Shown in pieces: positions 21,567 to 32,097 of a DNA stretch of 40,000 nt (position 1 is its first letter; each line of letters starts with the position of its first letter). Position numbers and translations under genes: made by a program. This DNA comes from an uncultured bacterium. GTDB lineage: Bacteria; Cyanobacteriota; Cyanobacteriia; Thermostichales; Thermostichaceae. The DNA is taken from contig CAYMOX010000024.1 in NCBI GenBank assembly GCA_964392245.1, positions 1 through 40,000 of the forward strand, given 5' to 3'. The notes beneath the pieces were generated by a model that was not told where the DNA came from, made no database searches, and was given only the letters and a program-made list of their open reading frames with translations.

Positions 21567-22838
21567 ATGCAAAACCATCGGGGCGTGATCATTGTGGGGG
21601 GCGGACAGGCAGGGTTGGCCATGAGCTACTGCTTGAAAGAACGGGGAATTGATCATCTGATCTTTGAAAAGAACAAAATTGGCCATGCCTGGGAGAATGA
21701 GCGCTGGGATTCCTTTTGCCTGGTCACCCCCAACTGGCAATGCTGTCTGCCGGGGTTTCCCTACGCGGGTCCCGATCCGCAGGGCTTCATGAAAAAGGAT
21801 GAGATCGTTGAGTACATCCAGGCTTATGCTCGCTTTGTGGATCCCTCGATTCAGGAAGGGGTGGCCGTGGAGAAGTTAACTCGCCACGAAGACGGGGACT
21901 TTGTTCTGGAAACTTCCTCAGGCACCTACACCGCCAATCAGGTGGTGATCGCGACGGGAGGCTACCATCAACCCCGCATCCCTCGTTTTGCCGAACGTCT
22001 GCCCAGCTCCATTCATCAGATCCATTCCAGTCAGTACAAAAATCCAGAATCCCTCCCTGATGGGGATGTGATGGTGGTGGGCACCGGACAGTCGGGCTGT
22101 CAGATTGCCGAGGATCTGCACCTGGCTGGTCGGCAGGTTCACCTGAGTGTGGGCAGTGCCCCCCGAGCCCCTCGGCGGTATCGCGGCAAAGATGTGGTGG
22201 ACTGGCTAGATATGATGGGCTACTACGATCTGCCCATTGATCAGCATCCTCAAAAAGAACAGGTGCGTCACAAAACCAATCACTATGTCACCGGTCGCGA
22301 TGGGGGCCATGAAATTGATCTGCGCCATTTTGCCCTGGAAGGTATGAAGTTATATGGCCGTCTGGAAAGCATTGAAGATCCCCACATGACGATGCAGCCC
22401 AACCTGAAGCAAAATCTGGATCAGGCGGATGCGGTTGCTGAGAGCATTAAAAAGACCATCGATGGGTTTATTGTTAAGCATCAAATCGAGGCCCCCACTG
22501 AACCTGCCTATCAACCCGTTTGGGAACCGTCAGAGGAGATCCTGCAGCTCAATTTCCGTGAGGCAGGCATTGCTTCTGTGATCTGGTGTACCTCTTTCAG
22601 CACCAACTACCGCTGGGTTCATATTCCCGTGTTTGATGGCACAGGCTATCCCAGTCATGAGCGCGGGGTCTCTTCCGTCAGCGGTCTCTACTTTCTGGGG
22701 CTGCCCTGGCTTTACACTTGGGGATCAGGTCGTTTCTCAGGTGTGGCACGGGATGCTCAATACCTAGCGGACTACATTGTTACGCGGGAACGCCTCCGCT
22801 CCGCGACAGTCTTGAATACCGCTGTCCTGGGATCTTAA
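21567..22838 (+). CDS. Flavin-dependent oxidoreductase (MSMEG_0569 family), divergent member of the Nit1C cluster
   Basis: N-terminal dinucleotide fold VIIVGGGQAGLAMSYCL and a second GxGxxG (VVGTGQSGCQIAEDL), typical of FMO/BVMO-like flavoproteins. Confidence 0.85.
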   Translation: MQNHRGVIIVGGGQAGLAMSYCLKERGIDHLIFEKNKIGHAWENERWDSFCLVTPNWQCCLPGFPYAGPDPQGFMKKDEIVEYIQAYARFVDPSIQEGVAVEKLTRHEDGDFVLETSSGTYTANQVVIATGGYHQPRIPRFAERLPSSIHQIHSSQYKNPESLPDGDVMVVGTGQSGCQIAEDLHLAGRQVHLSVGSAPRAPRRYRGKDVVDWLDMMGYYDLPIDQHPQKEQVRHKTNHYVTGRDGGHEIDLRHFALEGMKLYGRLESIEDPHMTMQPNLKQNLDQADAVAESIKKTIDGFIVKHQIEAPTEPAYQPVWEPSEEILQLNFREAGIASVIWCTSFSTNYRWVHIPVFDGTGYPSHERGVSSVSGLYFLGLPWLYTWGSGRFSGVARDAQYLADYIVTRERLRSATVLNTAVLGS

Positions 22839-22847
22839 CGGCTCAAC

Positions 22848-24227
22848 CTAGATCCAGCCCTTCAGTGCCGCCTGATACACTGCCTGGTAACGGTTGCGGA
22901 CCTTCAGTTTCTGCACCGTGCTGTTGATGTGGAACTTAACCGTGCTCTCACTGATGTGCAGCTTCTGAGCAATGTCTCGATCCCGACTTCCCTGAGCTAA
23001 AAGTTGCATGACCTCCTGTTCCCGCTCGGATAACTTGATGGCATTCGAGATGGAGGGTAAGGTTTGACCGTGCTGCACCAGGGTGATCAGCTCCCGCAGT
23101 TGCTCAGCCTCGATCGTCAGATCAATGACAATCTCCGCCTGAAGAGGAACCGGGGTTGTGGGTGTCGACCGGATCCAGATCGCTCGGGGTGTTAAACTCA
23201 GCTGCTGGGGTTGATCGGTGATCAGGGTTGCTCCTGCATCTCCCTCATCGCAGATGATCAGGCCAGCCCGGTGAGCTAGTTGTGTGAAGGCCATTTGCAG
23301 AAGTGGAGCTGAACAAAGGATCCGCACTCTTCCGTTGGATAGCGATGGCTGTTGGGGAATTTGTAGACTGATCCAGCGCAATTGAGATTCAGAAAGCACC
23401 TCAATTTCCAGTTCGCCTCGCAAGCAAAAGCTAAGGCACCGCACCTCCTGCCAGATGCTTGCTTCTCTGTTCTGACCTTTAATGATTGCCTCCAGCCCGA
23501 TCCGCTCCGAGGTGTAAGTCAAACGGCAATACTGACATTCCAGCTCCTGCAGGATCTCTGCCGTGCGGCAAAACAAGCAGCTGGCCATGGTCGAGAGGGG
23601 AAACTCAGTGCCCACCAAAGTAAGTTGGGTCGGGTTCAGGATCTGAGCCAGGTGATCCGAGAGACTAGAGATCGGAACTACATTTACATCATGGGAAGGC
23701 TCTGTCTGTTTCTGTAATGCTGCATCCAACGCCACGGTGACCAGCATACACAGCACCTGCAAAACTTCCAGAAATTCGGATTCCAGGCTGTAATGACTGA
23801 AAAGAGCCAGAACCCCGATCACCCGTTGACCCACCTGCAGAGGGTAACCCGCAAAACCCCGGATCTGATGCTGCAGAGCCCATTCCCGATCCTTTACCCA
23901 GGGTTCTTCCGGCAGGTTGTTGCTGAGAAAAGGAACCCGATTCTGGGCGATCTTGCCCACTTTATAAGCCCCCATGGGAACCCGAGACATGGTGCCATTG
24001 GTACGGGTGTAAAGACCTGAGGACGCGATCAACCTCAGAGAAGATCGGTCGGGCTCCACCACCCAGATGCGGGCAAATGCAGAATTAAACTGTTCCACCA
24101 GACCATTGGTGGCCATCAGGGCAATGCTCTCAGGCCGAGACAAACCCGAAAACCCTTGAGCAATCTGGCTCACCTGCTGTAATCCCAACAGTAAGCGGGT
24201 TCCATCCAGAATTTTTGAGTCTGGCAC
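22848..24227 (-). CDS. GAF-domain LuxR-family transcriptional regulator
   Basis: N-terminal GAF-like region and C-terminal LuxR HTH (LSEREQEVMQLLAQGSRDRDIAQKLHISESTVKFHINSTVQKL). The start is a GTG at 24227. It converges on the flavoprotein gene with a 9-nt gap and is divergent from the PKS. Confidence 0.8.
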   Translation of the reverse strand: MPDSKILDGTRLLLGLQQVSQIAQGFSGLSRPESIALMATNGLVEQFNSAFARIWVVEPDRSSLRLIASSGLYTRTNGTMSRVPMGAYKVGKIAQNRVPFLSNNLPEEPWVKDREWALQHQIRGFAGYPLQVGQRVIGVLALFSHYSLESEFLEVLQVLCMLVTVALDAALQKQTEPSHDVNVVPISSLSDHLAQILNPTQLTLVGTEFPLSTMASCLFCRTAEILQELECQYCRLTYTSERIGLEAIIKGQNREASIWQEVRCLSFCLRGELEIEVLSESQLRWISLQIPQQPSLSNGRVRILCSAPLLQMAFTQLAHRAGLIICDEGDAGATLITDQPQQLSLTPRAIWIRSTPTTPVPLQAEIVIDLTIEAEQLRELITLVQHGQTLPSISNAIKLSEREQEVMQLLAQGSRDRDIAQKLHISESTVKFHINSTVQKLKVRNRYQAVYQAALKGWI

Positions 24228-24372
24228 TCATGCTCTTCCTGCAACTACCGCCTACTGTAAAAAGACTGGCCTCAAGATTTAGTGTCCCAGGTAACGAATA
24301 TCCGACTCTTCCTGCACACGATCCCGTCTTCTACAGGTAAGATCACGATCTTTGCGAGATCAGTAGTGGATC

Positions 24373-27300
24373 ATGGTTGAACCTCTGGCCATCGTCGGGA
24401 TGGGATGTCGATTTCCTGGTGGTGTAGATTCTCCTCAATCGTTCTGGCAACTGCTCAAGCACCGTGTTGATGCCATTACTGAGATCCCTCCTGCACGCTG
24501 GGACGCAGAGGCTTTTTATGATCCAGATCCTGGGGCCCCTGGCAAGAGCATCAGTCGTTGGGGAGGGTTTCTACAGGGAATCGATCTTTTTGATCCTCAG
24601 TTTTTCCAGATTAATCCACGAGAAGCCGAGGAGATGGATCCGCAGCAAAGGTTACTGCTAGAAGTCACCTGGGAAGCATTTGAGAATGCAGCCATTCCCC
24701 CTGACAGTCTGCAGACAAAGTCAGTCGGTGTGTTTGTCGGTGCGGCCCATCAAGACTACTACCGACTAAGGATCCAAGCTCAAAATCGAGAAACATTAAC
24801 GGGATACTCCTACACAGGTGGACGCGCAAGCTTAATCGCTGGACGGATCTCATATTTTTTTGGCTTTCATGGCCCAGCCTATGTTGTGGATACAGCCTGT
24901 TCGTCATCTCTGGTAGCTTTGCATAACGGGTGTCAATCACTCAGGAACCATGAGATCGACGTTGCTGTTGTAGGTGGCGTCAACATCATTCTGGATCCGC
25001 AGGTATCAATCCTGGCTTCTAAATTGGGAACTCAATCACCGGATGGAAGGTGCAAAGCCTTTGATGCCCAAGCTAATGGATTTGTTCGCTCCGAAGGTTG
25101 TGGGGTTGTGATTGTCAAAAGATTAAATGATGCAGTTCAAGAGCAGGATCAGATCCTGGCAGTCGTGTATGGGTCAGGCGTTAATCAGGATGGGAGAAGT
25201 GAGTGCTTAACAGCCCCAGATTCTTCAGCTCAGCAGAGACTGATGCATCAAGTGTTGAAAGCCAGTGAGCTGCAATCGGATCAGATCACTTATGTCGAAG
25301 CCCATGGAACTGGAACACCTGTAGGCGATCCTATCGAATTTAATTCCATTTTAAAAGTATTAAGGCCAGATCGTTCGGGTTGCCAGTCTCCGCTGATCAT
25401 TGGATCAGTAAAGACAAATATCGGCCATTGTGAAGCCGCAAGTGGAATGGCATCAATCATCAAAACCATTTTGGCCTTACAGAATCGATCTATCCCAGCA
25501 AATCTTCATTTTCATAGACTTAATCCTAAGATCAAGCGATCAGACTCTGCAATCATTCCTAACCAGGAAACCATCTGGAAAGCAGAGGGAAGTGGACGAT
25601 ATGCTCTGATTAATGCTTTCGGCATAAGTGGCACAAATGCATGTTTAGTCATCGGAGAACCTGATCAGATCACAAGCAATAGAACTCAGTTGGATACACT
25701 TCCTCCTGATCCTGAGGTGTTGAAACTTATAATCTCAGCCAGGACAGAGAAAGATCTGCGATCTCTAGCCCAAAGATACATCCTATTTCTACAACACACC
25801 CAAGAAAACTTGAGAGACATCTGTTATACGGCACTTTCTGGAAGAACCCAATTCCCTCACAGCTTGAGTTTCACAGGTGATAGTAAAGACCAGTTACGCA
25901 AAAAAATCCAGAACTATTTAGAGAAAGACGAGAAAGATCCTCACACACAAGAAATTGACTCTATATCCAAAGATCCAAAATGGACTAATCAAAGGAAAGT
26001 AGAACTACCGACCTATCCATTTGATCGGCAAAGATACTGGTCTGACTATGTGCTGATCCATTGCTCTCATGAGGTTACGAAACCTGAAAACTTAGATCAT
26101 CCTCTACTTAATATCAAGAGTTTGGATAAGTCTGACAATCAAGAAGCCTATAACATAGAATTCAATACTCCTGATCTTAGCTATCTTCAAGATCACAAGA
26201 TTGAAGACAGGATCATCTTTCCAGCGGCTGGATATATCGAGATTCTTCTAGCGATAATGGCTAGGAAACAGAATACGGCAATAGAACCCCCAATCAAAAT
26301 AACCAACCTCTATCTACCTGCTTCACTACCACTCAAAGATAAACAAAATATTCAAGTCATCATCTCAGATCAATCAAACCACTTTAGAGCAGAAATTTTC
26401 AGCCATGATGGCAGCAACAAGATTTGCCACGCTTCAGCACAGCTTCATAGAGCATATACTCAAGACAATACTCTTGATCCTATATCAATCCAGAAACATC
26501 TTCAGACATACCATGAAAAGATCTCTGCAGAAGACTATTACAACCAATTAAGTCAGACTTTTCTTCGCTATGAACCTCTATTCCAGGGAATACGTGAAAT
26601 ATGGCTAGATCAAGGCAAGACATTTGCACAAATTCAATTACCTGAGCCTCTTCGATCTGATCACGCCAAATACTACTTTCATCCAGTTCTCCTGGACAGT
26701 TGTTTACAAGCCTCTAGATTACTCAGCCAGAATCTTCCTACACCTTCTCCGATTCTTCCGGTTTATTTCGAGGAGATCATTCTTTACCAATCGCCTGGAG
26801 AACAGATCTGGTGCTTAGCGCAAACCTCACCTCATATCCAGAGTAACCAAAGACAGCCCAATGAGTACACGATTGATCTGGATATATTTAATCCTGAAGG
26901 TGATCTTATTGCCAGAATTAAAGGGGTAAGAAGGCAAGCAAGTATTCAAACTAACAATCAAGGCTCCAGAGCACCCCAGTATTTTCAGATTCAATGGCAC
27001 AAGGATGAGATCAACAAAAAAATAACAGATGAGTGTATCAAAAAACAGTTCACTGGGTCCACCATTGTCTTTCTGGCCTCGGATCAGTGTTTGCTTCTAG
27101 AAACATTTATAGAGGCCCTTAAGGTGGCGTGTTCCAATCTGATTCTTATCAATAATGGATCGGAGTTCAAAAAGCTATCGAGTTGTATTTATCAGATCAA
27201 TCCTATAGAAACAACCAATTATGAGCATCTTTTTTCATTGATCAATAAAGACTTTCCGGAAATCACCCGGATTATCTACTCCACAGATCTAGACTATCGA

Positions 27301-30300
27301 GGAACAAAAACAACAGGGAAATCCATAGAAGAATTAACCGAATATGCTTGCCTAAGCCTTCTAACTCTAATTCAAGCCCTAGTAAAAAATCAAGTTCATA
27401 CTTTAGATCTGTGGTTGGTTAGCTGGGGCAGTCAGAGTATTAAGGACCATTGGCGTCCAATCCATATAACCTCATCACCCCTATGGGCACTGGGTAGAGT
27501 CATTCGCTCTGAGCATCCAGAGTTTAATTGTCGTCAGATCGATCTTGATCCCTGGGATATCAGATCTGCCAAACACTTTCTAACTGAACTACTCAGCAAT
27601 GACCGAGAAGAAGAGATTGTATGGCGGAATCAAACACGATGGGTACCTAGGCTCATTCAGGTCAATTTAGATTCAACTATCGATCAAGAAGAAAGGCTGA
27701 TTATACCCAATTCAAACCAACCCTTCAGCCTGGAAATTGGCACACGAGGACTGCTCAATAGTCTTCAATATCACCCACTCCAGCAGGATACACCAGGATC
27801 AGGACAGGTAGAAGTCAAGGTGATCGCTGCCGGACTAAATTTTAGAGATGTATTAAACGCTTTGGGAACCTACAACGGAGACCTGGGACCGATCGGTGGC
27901 GAATTTGCAGGCTATGTGATCAATGTTGGGCCAGATGTGACCACTCAATGGCTTGGAAAAAGAGTCATGGGATTGGCAACCGGATCCTTTGCCTCTCATG
28001 TGATTACCAGCCAGGAGTGGATAATTGAGATCCCTTCACTTTTGAGATTTATAGAAGCAGCAACGTTGCCGATCAATTTTCTTACTGCTTATCATGCACT
28101 CATCAAAGTCTCTAATCTACAGGCAGGACAACTGATCTTAATTCACTCAGCCACGGGAGGAGTTGGATTAGCAGCAATACAAATAGCTCAAGCTGCGGGT
28201 GCTCAGATCTTGGCAACAGCTGGTTCAGATGAAAAAAGAGCTTATTTAAGATCCCTTGGTATCCAGCATGTCATGAATTCCCGAACTTTAGACTTTGTCC
28301 AAGAAACGCTGGAGATCACGGAAGGGGAAGGAGTAGATGTTGTGCTTAATTCCTTGATCGGTGAATCTTTATATGGAAGCCTAAAATTACTCAGGCCAGG
28401 AGGAATATTTATTGAGATTGGCAATAAAGAGATCCTGTCTCAGGAATATCTAGCAAATTATTTCCCAGGAATAAAATATTATCCTTTTCACTTAGGGCAA
28501 TATCGAGAATCGCATCCTCAAGAGATCCAGAAAATGTTTCAAATTCTTTTGGATCAACTTAATCGCGAAGAATTCAGGATTGTTTCTTATCAAGTTTATC
28601 CCGCCACAGATGCCATTCCTATGTTTCGCAAGATGCAGAGAGCGGAGCATATTGGTAAGCTTGTCCTAAAGATCGGAGATCGGTCTGAGTCAGAACTGAT
28701 TAGTCCAGACGGTACATATCTGGTGACAGGGGGACTAGGTGGCATAGGGATCAAGTTAATCCAATGGTTGGCAAAAAAAGGTGCGAAATTCATAGTAATT
28801 CTCACTAGAGATGTCTTTAATCAGGAAAAACAATCTTCACTTGATGCCATAAACCAGCTCAGAGAAATGGGTATTGACATTGAGATCAAACCCACTGATG
28901 TTTCGGTCTTTGAGGATCTCCAAAAAATAGTGGAGTGGATCCAGAGGAATCGACCCCCACTTCGAGGAGTTTTTCATGCTGCAGGTGAGCTTCAGGACAG
29001 CTTACTGATCAATCTAACCTCGGAACAATTCACCCACGGGCTGGCTGCGAAAGTAAAGGGTACATGGAATTTACACCATCTAACCAGAGAGATTTCCCTG
29101 GATCACTTTGTCCTGTTTTCCTCGATTACAGCAATAACCGCATCACCTGGGCGGGGAGTGTATGCTGCAGCGAATCAATTTCTCGATTCATTTGCTCATT
29201 ATAGAACACAGATAGGTTTACCCTGTCTATCGATCAACTGGGGAGCCTGGGATGGGATCGGAATGGCTAGAAAAATGAGCAACCATCCTGCCTCTCCACA
29301 AATTCAAGATCCTATTGATCCAGATCATGCTATCGAATCTCTTGAAAAACTGCTCGGCCATCAGATTACTCAAATAGGTGTATTTAACATTAATCGATCC
29401 CTGCTCTCACAAATATTTCAGAGCAGGAGAACTCCAGGAATCTTTGAATTGCTTCAGAATAAATCTTCAGATCAGACTAATCCCCTATCTAGCCCCGAAA
29501 TCCAGGTAGAATCAAACAGCTTTGCAGACTATAACGATCCTCTCGCACAAAAAATACAAAAAGGTCTGGAAAAGCTCCTTGGCTTACGAGATCCTGAGCA
29601 GCTTGATGTAGATGTAACCCTGGATCACTATGGTCTTGACTCCCTGATGAAAGTTGAATTGAGAAATTGGATCTCTCAGGCTTTTAAGGTTACCTTGCCA
29701 GCCCACTTTCTGATCAATCCGTTTACATTTTCTGACTTGTATAAATTTCTGGTAGATGATAAACGAGGATCAGCATCTGATTCCAGATCCGATTTCTCTC
29801 GTCACTCTGATAGAGCTTCGATTGCGACACCGATTCAATCAGCTCAGTCTGCTTTTGATCATCTTCACTCTCGACTGCAGAACCTGAAAAACCTGAACCT
29901 GGATCGCCAACCTATTCATCACCTCGGTTATCACGGATCACTTCTAAGACTTAATCAGCGCTGGCTGATCAACTTTTCCAGTAATGACTATCTGGGTCTT
30001 TCTCAAGAGCCGGAGATTAAAGCCGCAGCCATAGAAACTATAAACAACTGGGGTGCAGGAAGCGGAGCCTCTCGATTAGTCACAGGCAGCCTTGAGTTAC
30101 ATCATCAACTGGAAGTAACGATTGCCGAATGGAAGAAATCTGAAGCATCTGTACTCTTTAATTCCGGGTATCAGGCCAATCAAGGGATTTTCTCAGGACT
30201 ATGCCAGCAGGGAGATCAGATCTTTTTTGATTCACTTGTTCATGCGTCTATTCGAGATGGCATGATCCTTTCCAGCGCAAAGTCTTTTGAATTCCATCAT

Positions 30301-31002
30301 AATGATCTCAACCATCTGGAAACACTTCTACAATCACATTCTGGTTCTGGACTGAGAATTATCATTACAGAGAGTGTCTTTTCGATGGATGGGGATCTGG
30401 CCCCACTGCAACAACTTCTCCATCTAGCCGAAACCTATGACTGTCTATTGATCATTGATGAGGCACATGCTGTGGGAGTATTTGGACCAAAAGGAGCAGG
30501 TCGTTGTGCAGAGTTCAAGATCAACTCCCCTCGTCTAATTCAGATTGGTACCTGTGGAAAAGCATTGGGGAGTTTTGGTGCCTATATCGCCTGTGCCGAC
30601 GTCATTGCTCAGCTTCTTTTTTCCCGCGCCAGAAGCCTGATCTATACAACAGCTCTCCCACCTGCAGTTTTAGCAGCCACACAAGCAGCAATCAACTTTA
30701 TCCAAAACCATCCTGAACGTCAGTCTCAACTTCACAGGAATCTATCTTACCTGCGAGAACTTTCTCATCAATCGGTGATCAGTCAAATCCATCCAATCAT
30801 TTTGGGTGAAGAGACTCTCGTTCTAGACGCCTCACAAGATCTCATAAAACAGGGCCTCTGGGTCCAGGCGATCAGACCCCCAACGGTTCCAGTGGGCAGT
30901 GCGCGACTTCGCATTTCCCTCACAGCTCTCCATACCCAGGACCAGATCTCAACTTTGTGGAAGCATCTGCAACCCTGGATCTCCTCCTCCCCGCATCACT
31001 AA
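24373..31002 (+). CDS. Type I polyketide synthase (KS-linker without AT-DH-psiKR-ER-KR-ACP) fused to a C-terminal BioF-like 8-amino-7-oxononanoate synthase domain
   Basis: Domain coordinates are approximate.
- KS, 24379-25656: DTAC Cys176 (TGT at 24898-24900), HGTGT, NIGH.
- Linker, 25663-26040: ends in [12 protein letters not shown]. There is no GHSxG motif anywhere in the protein.
- DH, 26095-26937: His608, LLDSCLQ.
- ER, 27724-28677: [11 protein letters not shown].
- KR, 28708-29262: [18 protein letters not shown].
- ACP, 29536-29757: GLDSL.
- AONS, 29905-31002: [50 protein letters not shown].
- No thioesterase domain is present. Confidence 0.92.
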   Translation: MVEPLAIVGMGCRFPGGVDSPQSFWQLLKHRVDAITEIPPARWDAEAFYDPDPGAPGKSISRWGGFLQGIDLFDPQFFQINPREAEEMDPQQRLLLEVTWEAFENAAIPPDSLQTKSVGVFVGAAHQDYYRLRIQAQNRETLTGYSYTGGRASLIAGRISYFFGFHGPAYVVDTACSSSLVALHNGCQSLRNHEIDVAVVGGVNIILDPQVSILASKLGTQSPDGRCKAFDAQANGFVRSEGCGVVIVKRLNDAVQEQDQILAVVYGSGVNQDGRSECLTAPDSSAQQRLMHQVLKASELQSDQITYVEAHGTGTPVGDPIEFNSILKVLRPDRSGCQSPLIIGSVKTNIGHCEAASGMASIIKTILALQNRSIPANLHFHRLNPKIKRSDSAIIPNQETIWKAEGSGRYALINAFGISGTNACLVIGEPDQITSNRTQLDTLPPDPEVLKLIISARTEKDLRSLAQRYILFLQHTQENLRDICYTALSGRTQFPHSLSFTGDSKDQLRKKIQNYLEKDEKDPHTQEIDSISKDPKWTNQRKVELPTYPFDRQRYWSDYVLIHCSHEVTKPENLDHPLLNIKSLDKSDNQEAYNIEFNTPDLSYLQDHKIEDRIIFPAAGYIEILLAIMARKQNTAIEPPIKITNLYLPASLPLKDKQNIQVIISDQSNHFRAEIFSHDGSNKICHASAQLHRAYTQDNTLDPISIQKHLQTYHEKISAEDYYNQLSQTFLRYEPLFQGIREIWLDQGKTFAQIQLPEPLRSDHAKYYFHPVLLDSCLQASRLLSQNLPTPSPILPVYFEEIILYQSPGEQIWCLAQTSPHIQSNQRQPNEYTIDLDIFNPEGDLIARIKGVRRQASIQTNNQGSRAPQYFQIQWHKDEINKKITDECIKKQFTGSTIVFLASDQCLLLETFIEALKVACSNLILINNGSEFKKLSSCIYQINPIETTNYEHLFSLINKDFPEITRIIYSTDLDYRGTKTTGKSIEELTEYACLSLLTLIQALVKNQVHTLDLWLVSWGSQSIKDHWRPIHITSSPLWALGRVIRSEHPEFNCRQIDLDPWDIRSAKHFLTELLSNDREEEIVWRNQTRWVPRLIQVNLDSTIDQEERLIIPNSNQPFSLEIGTRGLLNSLQYHPLQQDTPGSGQVEVKVIAAGLNFRDVLNALGTYNGDLGPIGGEFAGYVINVGPDVTTQWLGKRVMGLATGSFASHVITSQEWIIEIPSLLRFIEAATLPINFLTAYHALIKVSNLQAGQLILIHSATGGVGLAAIQIAQAAGAQILATAGSDEKRAYLRSLGIQHVMNSRTLDFVQETLEITEGEGVDVVLNSLIGESLYGSLKLLRPGGIFIEIGNKEILSQEYLANYFPGIKYYPFHLGQYRESHPQEIQKMFQILLDQLNREEFRIVSYQVYPATDAIPMFRKMQRAEHIGKLVLKIGDRSESELISPDGTYLVTGGLGGIGIKLIQWLAKKGAKFIVILTRDVFNQEKQSSLDAINQLREMGIDIEIKPTDVSVFEDLQKIVEWIQRNRPPLRGVFHAAGELQDSLLINLTSEQFTHGLAAKVKGTWNLHHLTREISLDHFVLFSSITAITASPGRGVYAAANQFLDSFAHYRTQIGLPCLSINWGAWDGIGMARKMSNHPASPQIQDPIDPDHAIESLEKLLGHQITQIGVFNINRSLLSQIFQSRRTPGIFELLQNKSSDQTNPLSSPEIQVESNSFADYNDPLAQKIQKGLEKLLGLRDPEQLDVDVTLDHYGLDSLMKVELRNWISQAFKVTLPAHFLINPFTFSDLYKFLVDDKRGSASDSRSDFSRHSDRASIATPIQSAQSAFDHLHSRLQNLKNLNLDRQPIHHLGYHGSLLRLNQRWLINFSSNDYLGLSQEPEIKAAAIETINNWGAGSGASRLVTGSLELHHQLEVTIAEWKKSEASVLFNSGYQANQGIFSGLCQQGDQIFFDSLVHASIRDGMILSSAKSFEFHHNDLNHLETLLQSHSGSGLRIIITESVFSMDGDLAPLQQLLHLAETYDCLLIIDEAHAVGVFGPKGAGRCAEFKINSPRLIQIGTCGKALGSFGAYIACADVIAQLLFSRARSLIYTTALPPAVLAATQAAINFIQNHPERQSQLHRNLSYLRELSHQSVISQIHPIILGEETLVLDASQDLIKQGLWVQAIRPPTVPVGSARLRISLTALHTQDQISTLWKHLQPWISSSPHH

Positions 31003-32015
31003 TGAGTCATCTCCACAAAGGCGGGTAGGGGCTTCAGTCCCATGTCCTCCAGAAATTGACGATCCTGATTCTGATCCGGATTGGCTGTGGTCAGTAATTT
31101 ATCCCCATAAAAGATGGAGTTAGCCCCCACTGTGAAGCAAAGCAGTTGGGCTTCCCGAGACAAAGCCGTTCTTCCAGCACTCAACCTTACTTTAGACCGG
31201 GGCATCAGGATCCTGGCAACGGCACACATACGCACCAGATCGATCGCATCCACCTGGGGTTGAGCATCTAAGGGGGTTCCCTCAATCGGGACCAAAGCAT
31301 TAATGGGAACACTCTCGGGATGAGGATTCATTGTGGCCAGGATCTGCAACAGGTGAGCCCGATCCAGCACACTTTCCCCCAGACCAATGATGCCCCCACA
31401 ACAGATCTGAAGACCTGCCTCTCTTACATGTTCAAGGGTGCGCAGACGATCCTCGTAGGTGCGAGTGCTGATGATCTGAGAGTAGTACTCTGGACTGGTA
31501 TCCAGGTTGTGGTTATAAGCTGTTAATCCTGCCTCCGCCAGTTGCTTGGCCTGATCTGGAGTTAACATACCTGCCGTGACACATACTTCCAGATCCAGAT
31601 CTTTAACTGCTCTGACCATCTCCAGCATGTCCTGAAAAGGTTTACCTTCTCGGATTTCTCGCCAGGCCCAACCCATACAAAAACGGGTAGCCCCTAAAGA
31701 CTTGGCCTCTCGTGCTTGCGCCAGAACCTGATCCACCCCCAGGATCGGCTGAGCTTTGACTGCTGTGGGATGATGAGCTGACTGGGAACAATACCCACAA
31801 TCTTCTCCACACCCTCCGGTTTTGACACTCAGTAAAGTCGCCAGCTGGACTTGATTGGCAGAATTGTAACGGCGATGGAGTGTTTGCGCCCGATAGATCA
31901 AATCCAGGATCGGTAAATTCAGTAGATCCGTTACCTCCTCAACTGTCCAATCAAAGCGAATGTCATGGGGGAGAGCAGTCATGAGTGGAGGATCCTGTGG
32001 CTTCATCTTGTTCAT
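30999..32015 (-). CDS. bioB: Biotin synthase BioB
   Basis: Radical SAM motif CGEDCGYC plus BioB-type downstream conservation. ATG 32015 is preferred because the ORF-track start at 32018 is a TTG. The stop TAG (31001->30999) overlaps the PKS stop TAA (31000-31002). Confidence 0.93.
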   Translation of the reverse strand: MNKMKPQDPPLMTALPHDIRFDWTVEEVTDLLNLPILDLIYRAQTLHRRYNSANQVQLATLLSVKTGGCGEDCGYCSQSAHHPTAVKAQPILGVDQVLAQAREAKSLGATRFCMGWAWREIREGKPFQDMLEMVRAVKDLDLEVCVTAGMLTPDQAKQLAEAGLTAYNHNLDTSPEYYSQIISTRTYEDRLRTLEHVREAGLQICCGGIIGLGESVLDRAHLLQILATMNPHPESVPINALVPIEGTPLDAQPQVDAIDLVRMCAVARILMPRSKVRLSAGRTALSREAQLLCFTVGANSIFYGDKLLTTANPDQNQDRQFLEDMGLKPLPAFVEMTH

Positions 32016-32097
32016 CAAGCAGCAGCTAGAGTATCACATAACTGCTGAGCGGATATAGGGATGCACAATCCGTATCACTTGGCGGATCCTTAGCTTT

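Noticed and set aside
24373-31002. Alternative identities for the PKS-AONS protein: a heterocyst-glycolipid synthase, an SxtA-like toxin starter module, or a sphingolipid-type SPT fusion.
   Set aside because: The domain order (KS-DH-ER-KR-ACP-AONS) differs from SxtA (MT-GNAT-ACP-AONS, as I recall). No hgl-type partner PKS or glycosyltransferase genes flank it. The AONS domain carries BioF-like blocks and its neighbours are bioB/bioA/bioD. An amino-ketone natural product still cannot be excluded without experiments; this is stated in the main finding.
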